A stretch of 64,000 bases of DNA from an uncultured Candidatus Saccharibacteria bacterium (GTDB lineage Bacteria > Patescibacteriota > Andersenbacteria > UBA10190). The translations under genes and the position numbers were made by a program. This document shows positions 55,808-64,000 of this stretch, piece after piece. The stretch is taken from NCBI GenBank assembly GCA_964359735.1, contig CAYHTZ010000006.1:3898-67897 (forward strand), given 5' to 3'. The notes beneath the pieces are model-generated. The model was not told the DNA's origin. It worked only from the letters and a program-made list of their open reading frames with translations, and ran no database searches. Within the stretch, counting starts at the first letter, position 1, and each line of letters starts with the position of its first letter.

Positions 55808-56915
55808 GGGAAGAACTTACAACCTCCTCGTAGACTTTCAGGACTTGCTGATACGTGGTTTCCCAATCGAATTTTTTCGCTTGGGCGTAGCCGGCTTCGA
55901 TGAGCTGCTGGCGCAGTGGTGGATCCTGAAACAGTTTTTCTACGGCCTCTCCAATGGCTTCTTCACTATCTGTTTCGACCAGAATTCCGGCGTCGCCCAC
56001 AATTTCCGGCAAGGAACTATTGTTAGCGACAATAGCCGGGCAGCCAGCAGCCATGGATTCTACGGGTGGTAGGCCAAAGCCTTCATATTTGCTGGGATAG
56101 ACGGAGCAGAAGGCATCTTTTAGAATAGCCCCCAGTTGTTCGTGAGATATGTAGCCCGTGAAGACGACACTCTCTTCAATCTTCAAATCTTGCACGAGCT
56201 TCTCGACGGCATGCCGATAGGGGTTGTCCAATTTTTCGCCAATGATTAACAGTCGAAAATCAGGATGACTCTGGCGAATTTTTACAAATGCCCGAACCAA
56301 GAGGTCAATATTTTTTCGAGCGTCGAAACCGCCGAAGTATATCAGGTATGGAGCATGTTCTTTAAAAGGATTTTCTCCATCCATCTTCAATTTTTCCGCA
56401 CCGTTATAAATGACTTGTGATTTATCTTTGGCCTCGGGGAAATATTTACTGACGTCTTTCTGACTGTTTTGAGAGACACAAATAATTTTCTTAGCGCGGT
56501 GGACAGCCAGGCCATAGGCGAGATAGCGGCAGAAATAGTCGGTTTGATTTTTGGGTAAGATGAGCGGAATAACATCGTGCACTGTGACGATACTAGGAAT
56601 AGATGTATCTGGAATGCCGTCGTTTTCCACAGCGTGGTAGAGATCCGGTTTTGTTTGCTCAAGAACGGTAGGAATGACTTCTTCTTCCCAAACGATTTTT
56701 CCGAGCTCCACATTCTTAAAGCGAGGTTTATCAATACTTACGTGGGTTACTTGCTTTGAGAATTGGGATGGGATTTCCCAAAATAATTCATCATATTGAG
56801 TGATAAGCACCACCTCATGTCCATCACGCAGCAGTCGATTCAGGATATTGATAAGGTGAATTCCCACGCCACTGGGTTTACGCTCAATCTCGCGGGCATC
56901 AAAGGCGATATGCAT
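55791..56915 (-). CDS. Glycosyltransferase family 4
   Basis: TVHDVIP, RKN, YEGFGLPPVESMA.G.P. Confidence 0.95.
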   Translation of the reverse strand: MHIAFDAREIERKPSGVGIHLINILNRLLRDGHEVVLITQYDELFWEIPSQFSKQVTHVSIDKPRFKNVELGKIVWEEEVIPTVLEQTKPDLYHAVENDGIPDTSIPSIVTVHDVIPLILPKNQTDYFCRYLAYGLAVHRAKKIICVSQNSQKDVSKYFPEAKDKSQVIYNGAEKLKMDGENPFKEHAPYLIYFGGFDARKNIDLLVRAFVKIRQSHPDFRLLIIGEKLDNPYRHAVEKLVQDLKIEESVVFTGYISHEQLGAILKDAFCSVYPSKYEGFGLPPVESMAAGCPAIVANNSSLPEIVGDAGILVETDSEEAIGEAVEKLFQDPPLRQQLIEAGYAQAKKFDWETTYQQVLKVYEEVVSSSHAKRS

Positions 56916-56917
56916 AT

Positions 56918-57679
56918 TTACGATCGATATCGATTCAAAATAAACTCCACTACAGCTGTTGTATTTATCTTCTTTTTGTCAGTTTCCATACGGGAGGTAG
57001 GGTGTTGGCGGTAATGATAGAGGAGGCCTGGGGTTTTTACTGCCTTTCCGGTTTTAATAGCACGGATGAGCCAATCGAGATCGCCGGCGTAGGGAAGGCT
57101 CTCATCCCAGTATCCAGTTTTGGTGAGGAACTCGCGACGGAACATAACCGAGAGGTGATGAACAGGATACTCATGGGTGCGCTCACTGTGAGGTAAGAAA
57201 AAGTCGGCGAGCATTCGTTCGGCTGGCCAATCTTCAGCGGGAATAGTTTTGATAACGTTACCCTCTGGGTCAATTTTATCGATGTCGCCGTGAGTAAAAT
57301 CTGATTCCGAGTGATTTTCGAGCGTGGCAACTCGTTTCGCGAGAGTGTCGGCAGGCCAGAGGTCGTCGCTGTGGATCCACGTTATATATTTCCCTTGCGC
57401 GGCACGCAGCCCTAAGTTTGTCGTAGGGTATTCACCTCGGTTAATTTGGTGAATAGAGATAATTCGTTCATCTTCGGCGAGTTTCTTCTCAATAATTTCT
57501 TGTGTGTTATCTGAGCTTCCGTCGTTGATAACAATACATTCGAAGTCGGAGAATGACTGGCTCAACACCGTATCAAGAGCTGCAGGCAAATATTTTTCTC
57601 GATTGTAGGTAGGGACGATAATTGAGACGAGCGGACTCCTCGTTGGAAGTAGCTTGAAGGGTTGTGAAGACGGCGGCAT
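56918..57679 (-). CDS. Glycosyltransferase family 2
   Basis: VSIIVPTYNR, INDGSSD, SDD. Confidence 0.95.
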   Translation of the reverse strand: MPPSSQPFKLLPTRSPLVSIIVPTYNREKYLPAALDTVLSQSFSDFECIVINDGSSDNTQEIIEKKLAEDERIISIHQINRGEYPTTNLGLRAAQGKYITWIHSDDLWPADTLAKRVATLENHSESDFTHGDIDKIDPEGNVIKTIPAEDWPAERMLADFFLPHSERTHEYPVHHLSVMFRREFLTKTGYWDESLPYAGDLDWLIRAIKTGKAVKTPGLLYHYRQHPTSRMETDKKKINTTAVVEFILNRYRS

Positions 57680-57694
57680 ACGACGAGCGTATCA

Positions 57695-58837
57695 TCAGCC
57701 TTGTGATTGCTCAATAATAGCCTTGTATACGTAGGCACTGGGCCGCGGCTTGCGCTCAAGGGTTTGGTAATTTACCTCCACTAGACCGTAGCGAGGGGTG
57801 AAGCCTAAATCCCACTCGAAATTGTCTAAGAGCGACCAGTGCAAGTAGCCGAGCACGTGAGCTCCCTGAGCCTGAGCAACTTCCACGGCGCGAAGGTGGC
57901 TGCGAATAAAGTTGGCGCGGAGTTTATCTTGGGAATCGGCCAGCCCGTTCTCAGTTACATAGATCGGCAATTGAAAACTTCCCAGGGAAAGTAAGATCTC
58001 CGTTAAGCCTTCGGGGTAGATGGGCGCACCCGTATCGGAACGCAGATTATGAGGATTTTTATTATGTGGGGGTGAGTAATAATTGACTCCGATAAAATCG
58101 TGCGCGCCGGTGGTGGCCTGAAAAAACATTGTATTCCACCACCACTTACGAAGTGGGGTTGTGGTGGTTGTAAAAACGTTAGCAATACCTACTTGCGCTT
58201 GGGGAAAGTGCTGATGAATTATTTTGTATGCTAGCTTGTGGGCTTGAGCAAACATGCTTCTCATTCGGAGAACTCGGGTAGTGCGCTTCCAGAGAGAGGC
58301 AGGAGTGGGCGATTTTTCGGCGACTGGTGGCCAGGCTCCCTTCCAACCTACTTGGTTGAGATACACTACAGGCTCGTTTAGGGTTATCCAAAAATCAACT
58401 AGGTCCCCGAGTTCGTTAGCAATTTTGTCGGTGTATTCTGCGAAGAGAATGGGGGTATGCGGGTTTTCCCAGCCACCCTGCTGCGACACCCAAATAGGGT
58501 TCGTGAAATGGTGCAGAGTTACGAACGATTTTAATCCTAAGCGGCGCAGTTCAGTTAGCACATCGCGATAGTGGGCAATCTCGCGCTGGTTCCAGGTGTT
58601 CGGAGCCGGTTGAATTCTACTCCACTCAATAGAAAGGCGATGCGCGGTATGGCCGAGCGATTTGGCGAGCGCAAAATCTTCTCGGAAGCGGTGGTAGTGA
58701 TCGGTGGCCTTGCTGGAGTGCTCCATTCCTGGTGTGGCTTTTTCCCATGCCCACCAATCGTTGTGGACATTGCCGCCCTCCGTTTGATAGGCGCTGCCCC
58801 CAGCGCCATAGAGAAATTTCTTCTCCCTCATAGTCAT
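57695..58837 (-). CDS. Glycoside hydrolase family 1 (beta-glucosidase-like)
   Basis: AYQTEG, HHF, TLNEP, VTENG, WSLLDNFEW. Confidence 0.95.
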   Translation of the reverse strand: MTMREKKFLYGAGGSAYQTEGGNVHNDWWAWEKATPGMEHSSKATDHYHRFREDFALAKSLGHTAHRLSIEWSRIQPAPNTWNQREIAHYRDVLTELRRLGLKSFVTLHHFTNPIWVSQQGGWENPHTPILFAEYTDKIANELGDLVDFWITLNEPVVYLNQVGWKGAWPPVAEKSPTPASLWKRTTRVLRMRSMFAQAHKLAYKIIHQHFPQAQVGIANVFTTTTTPLRKWWWNTMFFQATTGAHDFIGVNYYSPPHNKNPHNLRSDTGAPIYPEGLTEILLSLGSFQLPIYVTENGLADSQDKLRANFIRSHLRAVEVAQAQGAHVLGYLHWSLLDNFEWDLGFTPRYGLVEVNYQTLERKPRPSAYVYKAIIEQSQG

Positions 58838-58902
58838 AGTATGCCACGAGTTTTGTGAACGTCGTGTTCGCACTCACAATAAAGTATCAGTATAATCAAT
58901 TA

Positions 58903-60054
58903 ATGAAGTTTGGAGTCATTGGGTCAATAGCCAAACCTACTCATTCTGAAGCTATGGGAGGAATCGAGGTATGGACTGCTCTTTTTTTGTTAGAATCGAT
59001 TAAGCGAGGGCATGTTTTTGACTTGTTTGCTCTGAAAGGGTCAATAGAAGTAACAAATCAAATCAGGCTCATAGAAGTACTTAAAAAGGGCCTAGATGTG
59101 ATTAAGAATAATCCATTTTTTAAGAGTAAGAGCAAGCTTTCGGGTGAACATAATGGCATGTTACTGATGGATGTGTCTTTCTCCCGAATGATGGTTCTTC
59201 TTAAGGAGAAGCAGCAAGACTACGATATTGTTATTAATAATTCGGCTAGCCCGCTGTTTACAGTTAACTGGGATCTTTATCAGAAACCTCTTTTGAATAT
59301 AGGTCACTTTTCTGCGGCTGAGCCGTACGTAAGTTACTTTGACTATTTCCCATTGCCGCCTCACTGTTTCTTTGTGTTTCCTAGTAGGCGTGAGTATGAA
59401 TTAGCAGCTAGGGTACCGGACCAGCAAAAATTCCATATTCCTCATGGTATAGATATCAGCAAAATTCCCTTTGAAGCAGGTACAGGCAAAAACATGCTAT
59501 GGGTGGGAAGATTAGATCCAGTGGCGCGTAAAGGTGCTCCTGAAGCGATTGCTATTTCTAATAAAATGGAAATACCTATCAATGTCTATACTTATATTGA
59601 GGATACTCATTATTTTGATACCGCAGTTAAACCACTATTCACCGCATATACCCACTTTCAGACAAATATTCCTCGCACAGAATATTTCAAAGATGCCAAG
59701 CTCTTTTTATTCCCTTTGCAATGGGAAGAGCCTTTTGGCTTCACTATTGTTGAGGCAATGGCTAGTGGCACGCCCGTGGTTGCCTATGCGAAAGGAGCAA
59801 TCCCAGAGATCATCAAAGATGGTGAAACAGGTTTCATTGTTAATGCCTCAGAAGATGATCGACGAGGAAACTGGATGATCACAAAAACGGGGGAGGAAGG
59901 TATGTTTGAGGCTGTTGAGAGAATTTATTCACTGCCTTTGGAGCGTTATCAAGCAATGCGAAGAGCATGCCGCGAGCACGTTGAAAGAAGCTTTACGGTT
60001 GAGAAGATGGTTGATGGCTATGAGAAAGCCTATTCAGCTATTCTCGAAAGATAG
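58903..60054 (+). CDS. Glycosyltransferase family 4 (AT-richer than neighbours)
   Basis: GGIE, KG, EEPFG...EAMASGTPV. Confidence 0.93.
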   Translation: MKFGVIGSIAKPTHSEAMGGIEVWTALFLLESIKRGHVFDLFALKGSIEVTNQIRLIEVLKKGLDVIKNNPFFKSKSKLSGEHNGMLLMDVSFSRMMVLLKEKQQDYDIVINNSASPLFTVNWDLYQKPLLNIGHFSAAEPYVSYFDYFPLPPHCFFVFPSRREYELAARVPDQQKFHIPHGIDISKIPFEAGTGKNMLWVGRLDPVARKGAPEAIAISNKMEIPINVYTYIEDTHYFDTAVKPLFTAYTHFQTNIPRTEYFKDAKLFLFPLQWEEPFGFTIVEAMASGTPVVAYAKGAIPEIIKDGETGFIVNASEDDRRGNWMITKTGEEGMFEAVERIYSLPLERYQAMRRACREHVERSFTVEKMVDGYEKAYSAILER

Positions 60055-60069
60055 GCGGGGTAGTGCAAC

Positions 60070-61251
60070 TTACTGAGTAAGTAGCTGGGCAAGCTTCACG
60101 AACACGGCGTTGGTCCAGCCAAAACCCTTCTGGGTGGGGTAGCGATCAGCTTTGCCGATTTCCCCCGTGACCACGTTGTATTTTTCCCAGAGGTGGCCGG
60201 TTTTCTTGAGTAGGCGATGATTCAGATCAAGCCACTTTTCGGCAATGCGTTTGACATCTTCCTTGAAGCCATAGTTTAAGAGCCCTTGGACTACAATCCA
60301 CTGTTGGTGTGGCCAGCCGTTGGGGTAATCGTGCTGATTGAAGTTTTTGGAGAGCCCGTTTTTTTGGGTATTGGCGAGGCCGTGAGCGTATTCGAATTTC
60401 TTCAGGTTGCGGCGCACTTTTTCAGCTTGAGCAAGAGTGGCCAACTTGGCCCAGAGGGGATGGAACCCAGCGGTGGAGTAGAAAGCACCGCGGCGGTTGT
60501 GAGCATAATCGTAATCAAAGAAGAAGCCTTTGCGGCTGTTCCACATGAGTTTGTTCATGGTGGCCTGCCGCTGCTTTGCCTGCTTGACATAGTGGTCCCG
60601 TTTTTCGCCGTTACCCAACAGGCCATAGATATCGCTAAGATCTGTCTCGTACTTATACAGCAAGCAGTTGAGGTCTACCGGCAAGAAGTCGAGACAGCGC
60701 TCGTCGAAGCGGCTGGTCATGTCCCAGCCGGATTCGTGCTCGGCGGTGAGGTGCATGACATAGTGATCGCAGTAGCGGGAGAGTCCTTGGAAAACGAGGT
60801 GTTTTTCGGCCCGCGCTGCTTTCTTATCCATCCAATAATTCTCCAATTCACTCTCCGCGACTTCGGCGGCTTGCGCTAACCAGTTTTTATCTTGAGTGGC
60901 ATTGAATATTTCGCGGATCATTGAGGTTAAAAATGGCGGCTGAGACATGCCGAGGTTATAGAAGCGGTTGCGTGATGGGATGATGCCGAAACGCCGGTAC
61001 AAGTAAAGAAAGTTGTCTACCATGCCCTTCGCCAGCTCGCCTTTGCCAGAAGCAACGAGTCCGAGAATAATGGTGTAGCTGTCCCAATAAAATTGATCAC
61101 TGGCGTAGTTACCTTCAGCGGGGGATGGTGCTATGAATGGATTCGGCAGACCGATGATGATGCCCTTGTCTTGAGGGTGCGAGAAAGTCAGCTTCGGCCA
61201 GTAGTCCTCGATGTAGGCTAGTGTCGAGTTGTAGTCAGGTAAAGGACTCAT
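60070..61251 (-). CDS. Trehalase (GH37)
   Basis: YWDSY, SQPPFL, ESGWD.TSR, PVDLN, PNGWP, EKY, GFGWTN. Confidence 0.93.
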   Translation of the reverse strand: MSPLPDYNSTLAYIEDYWPKLTFSHPQDKGIIIGLPNPFIAPSPAEGNYASDQFYWDSYTIILGLVASGKGELAKGMVDNFLYLYRRFGIIPSRNRFYNLGMSQPPFLTSMIREIFNATQDKNWLAQAAEVAESELENYWMDKKAARAEKHLVFQGLSRYCDHYVMHLTAEHESGWDMTSRFDERCLDFLPVDLNCLLYKYETDLSDIYGLLGNGEKRDHYVKQAKQRQATMNKLMWNSRKGFFFDYDYAHNRRGAFYSTAGFHPLWAKLATLAQAEKVRRNLKKFEYAHGLANTQKNGLSKNFNQHDYPNGWPHQQWIVVQGLLNYGFKEDVKRIAEKWLDLNHRLLKKTGHLWEKYNVVTGEIGKADRYPTQKGFGWTNAVFVKLAQLLTQ

Positions 61252-61330
61252 GCTGGCGCAATGATAATCGCTGGTTGGCGGATTGGCAATATGCCGTACC
61301 CACAATGTGATAACAAGGTATGATACATAC

Positions 61331-63733
61331 ATGGCGAAGCTGGTTGAAGAAATTTTCCCAACTATTTTTGTGATACTGGGAGCCACTGGCGATTTAGCCA
61401 AGAAAAAGCTCATTCCGGCGCTGTGGCAGCTGTACAAGGCTGGGGAGCTGCCGCCGCTGTTGCAGATTGTGGGGCTTTCCAAGGACACGCTGAGCGATGA
61501 GGAGTACCGCGATTGGGCGAGAGACGTGATTCAGCAAAGCGGTACCCAGAAGGCAGGCAGCAGCCGGCAACTGCAAGAGTTTTGCCAGAGGCTTGTGTAT
61601 GAGACGGGCCAGTTTGAAGATATGGTCGCGTATAAGCGTTTAGGGGAAAGGATGGGCCGAGTAGACGACGAGTGGCGGCTGTGCACCAACAAGCTGTTTT
61701 ACATCGCAGCTTCGCCTATCCACTACCAGACTATTTTTCAAAATTTAGCGGCCTCGCGCCTGACGGAGCCGTGCAGCCCGGAGGAAGGCTGGACGCGCGT
61801 GATGGTAGAGAAGCCGTTTGGGAAGGATTTAGCTACGGCGCAGGAGTTAGATACGATGCTCGGGCGGCTCTTTCGCGAAGAACAAATTTACCGGGTGGAC
61901 CATTACCTGGGGAAAGATACGGTGCGGAACTTACTTACCTTTCGCTTTTCGAACTCATTCTTAGAGCCGGCTTGGAACGCGCGAGGCATCGACCACATTC
62001 ACATTCGGGTTTTTGAGAAAGACGGAGTGGAAGAGCGGGGGCAATTTTACGACGGCATAGGGGCACTGCGGGATGTCGGGCAAAATCACATGCTGCAGCT
62101 CTTGGCGCTTATCGCCATGGAGAACCCGGGAACGTTTGACGCTGACTCTATTCGCCGCGAGCGCGCCAAGGTTTTGGAAATGCTGGAAGGTATGGACCGC
62201 CAAGATATTGTCCGCCAGACAGTCCGCGCTCAGTACGATGGCTATAGGCAGATTCTGGGAGTGGCACCGGATTCAAATACGGAAACTTATTTTTCCATTC
62301 AGACGTACCTGAAGTCGGCACGCTGGGCGGGAGTGCCTATCTGGTTAAAATCTGGGAAACGCATGCCGGAGGCGGCCGTGGAAGTAGCTGTGCATTTCCG
62401 GCATCAGGTGCCGTGCCTCTGTCCGCCGGGAAAGCACTATACCAATGTGCTTACCTACCGCATACAGCCGCATGAGGGAGTAACCACCTCGTTTTGGGTG
62501 AAGCGGCCGGGAGCAGATATGCAAATCGAAAAGCAAGATTTCTCCTTTGATTACAAAGCTGCGTACGAGGGAAAGTTTATGAATGAGTACATGAAGCTTC
62601 TGATTGATATGTTCCGGGGCGACCAAACATTGTTTGTGAGCACGGATGAGATTATGGCGGAGTGGAAATTTGTGGACCCCATTTTGCATGCGTGGGGGGA
62701 AAATGTAGTGCCGCTCGAGACGTATGAACCGGGGACGGTGCCCAAGGCTGCCCACGATATGGACGGCATGAAGATGCCGCGTAAGCGCATTGGTTATATT
62801 GGCTTGGGTAAGATGGGGTTCAATATGGTGCAGCGTCTCTTAGACCATCACTGGGAAGTAGTGGCTAGCGACCCAAACCAGGAAGCGCGCGAGAAGGCGC
62901 AGGCAGCGGGAGCGAAGGCGGTAGAAACAGCGGCGGATGTGGTAAAGACCCTTCGACCGTCTCGACAGGCTCGAGGTAAACACGCTCAGGGTGATCCAGA
63001 TCAGAAACTCCTGATCTGGATCATGGTGCCACACAATGTTGTGGATGAGGTATTGAAAGAAATTGCGCCGCACTTAGAGAAGGGTGATGCTGTGATTGAC
63101 GGAGGCAACTCGAATTACAAAGAGTCAGTGCGCCGAGGAGAAATGCTGGCTGAGAAAGGGATTGAGTACTTAGACATTGGCGTGAGCGGAGGCCCGGAGG
63201 GAGCACGCAAGGGAGCGTGTCTGATGATCGGAGGCAAGCGCGAGGAATACAAAAAGCACGTGGGGCTCTTTAGCGACCTGGCCACAGCGGGAGGATACGA
63301 GTACGTGGGGAAATCTGGCGCGGGGCACTTTGTGAAAATGGTTCACAACGGCATTGAGTACGGCATGATGCAGGCTTTAGGAGAAGGATTCCATATTCTG
63401 AAGGCAGGGGAGGAATTTGACCTCAACTTGGAAGCAGTGGCCAATGTGTATAACCATGGCAGCGTTATCGAGTCGCGCTTAGTAGAATGGCTGAAACGCG
63501 CCTACGACCAGTATGGGCCGGACCTGGCCGATATTTCCGGATCAGTGGAGCATAGCGGCGAGGGATTATGGACGGTGGAGGCTGCGCGGGAACTGAGTGT
63601 GCCCGTAAAAGTGATCGAGGATGCGTTGCAATTCCGGGTGGAATCACAAAAAAATCCTAGCTACACTGGGCAGGTAGTTTCTGCACTGCGCAACCAATTC
63701 GGTGGACACAATGTGAAGAAGAGTAAGCAGTAG
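61331..63733 (+). CDS. zwf-gnd: Glucose-6-phosphate dehydrogenase fused to short-type 6-phosphogluconate dehydrogenase
   Basis: GATGDLA, EKPFG, RVDHYLGK, DVGQNH; then IGLGKMG, IDGGNS, VSGG, KMVHNGIEYG, LRNQFGGH; one open frame. Confidence 0.93.
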   Translation: MAKLVEEIFPTIFVILGATGDLAKKKLIPALWQLYKAGELPPLLQIVGLSKDTLSDEEYRDWARDVIQQSGTQKAGSSRQLQEFCQRLVYETGQFEDMVAYKRLGERMGRVDDEWRLCTNKLFYIAASPIHYQTIFQNLAASRLTEPCSPEEGWTRVMVEKPFGKDLATAQELDTMLGRLFREEQIYRVDHYLGKDTVRNLLTFRFSNSFLEPAWNARGIDHIHIRVFEKDGVEERGQFYDGIGALRDVGQNHMLQLLALIAMENPGTFDADSIRRERAKVLEMLEGMDRQDIVRQTVRAQYDGYRQILGVAPDSNTETYFSIQTYLKSARWAGVPIWLKSGKRMPEAAVEVAVHFRHQVPCLCPPGKHYTNVLTYRIQPHEGVTTSFWVKRPGADMQIEKQDFSFDYKAAYEGKFMNEYMKLLIDMFRGDQTLFVSTDEIMAEWKFVDPILHAWGENVVPLETYEPGTVPKAAHDMDGMKMPRKRIGYIGLGKMGFNMVQRLLDHHWEVVASDPNQEAREKAQAAGAKAVETAADVVKTLRPSRQARGKHAQGDPDQKLLIWIMVPHNVVDEVLKEIAPHLEKGDAVIDGGNSNYKESVRRGEMLAEKGIEYLDIGVSGGPEGARKGACLMIGGKREEYKKHVGLFSDLATAGGYEYVGKSGAGHFVKMVHNGIEYGMMQALGEGFHILKAGEEFDLNLEAVANVYNHGSVIESRLVEWLKRAYDQYGPDLADISGSVEHSGEGLWTVEAARELSVPVKVIEDALQFRVESQKNPSYTGQVVSALRNQFGGHNVKKSKQ
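62948..62994. repeat. Nested REP-like family B elements within gnd domain
   Basis: ACCCTTCGAC[CGTCTCGACAGGCTCGAGGTAAAC]ACGCTCAGGGTGA. Confidence 0.7.
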
Positions 63734-63752
63734 ACAGTATGTAGAACACAGT

Positions 63753-64000
63753 ATGGAGCTAAAGAATAAAACAATATTGATCACGGGGGGGGCGAGGGTG
63801 GGGCAGTTTGTAGCGGAGGAGCTTTTGGCGGCGGGAGCTAAGCTCGCTATGACCTACGTGAGAGACAAGAGCGAAGTGCATACAAAAGCGAAGGGGTATC
63901 AGCTTGATGTGACGAGCGAGGAGAGCGTTCAAGAGTTGCTACCGGCAGTGGAAAAAGATCTTGGCCAAGTAGATGGTCTCGTGAACATGATCTCAATTTT
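63753..64000 (+). CDS. 3'-partial SDR oxidoreductase
   Basis: MELKNKTILITGGARVG...LDV...G.VDGLVN. Confidence 0.9.
   Translation, partial: MELKNKTILITGGARVGQFVAEELLAAGAKLAMTYVRDKSEVHTKAKGYQLDVTSEESVQELLPAVEKDLGQVDGLVNMISI

Overview
Chromosomal segment of a bacterium using the standard genetic code. Gene content and style (compact operons, RNHCP, YerC/TrpR-like, NYN, short PolX, split PEP-utiliser genes, many secreted hypotheticals) suggest a Patescibacteria/CPR organism; this is inference. Core genes are recA, rpsF-ssb-rpsR, ychF, a DUF47-PiT phosphate pair, murJ, an aldehyde dehydrogenase, a trehalose/glycosyltransferase cluster and a zwf-gnd fusion. A long accessory tract (about 28-46 kb) encodes mostly secreted or membrane-anchored proteins. 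I found no rRNA, tRNA, CRISPR array or intact integrase/transposase. Main discoveries: (1) a recombinase-less tandem cassette array at the ychF start codon, with three att-like sites that each mimic the YchF N-terminus and overlap large-serine-recombinase C-terminal remnants; (2) a MazG-like pyrophosphatase coupled to an EVE-like/PD-(D/E)XK nuclease, a candidate defence system; (3) an FMN-riboswitch-like RNA with a two-hairpin insertion ahead of an EamA transporter; (4) a protein whose C-terminal domain is about 40% tryptophan; (5) short palindromic repeats lying in frame inside conserved enzymes; (6) single-gene cassettes bounded by hairpin repeats or duplicated gene ends.
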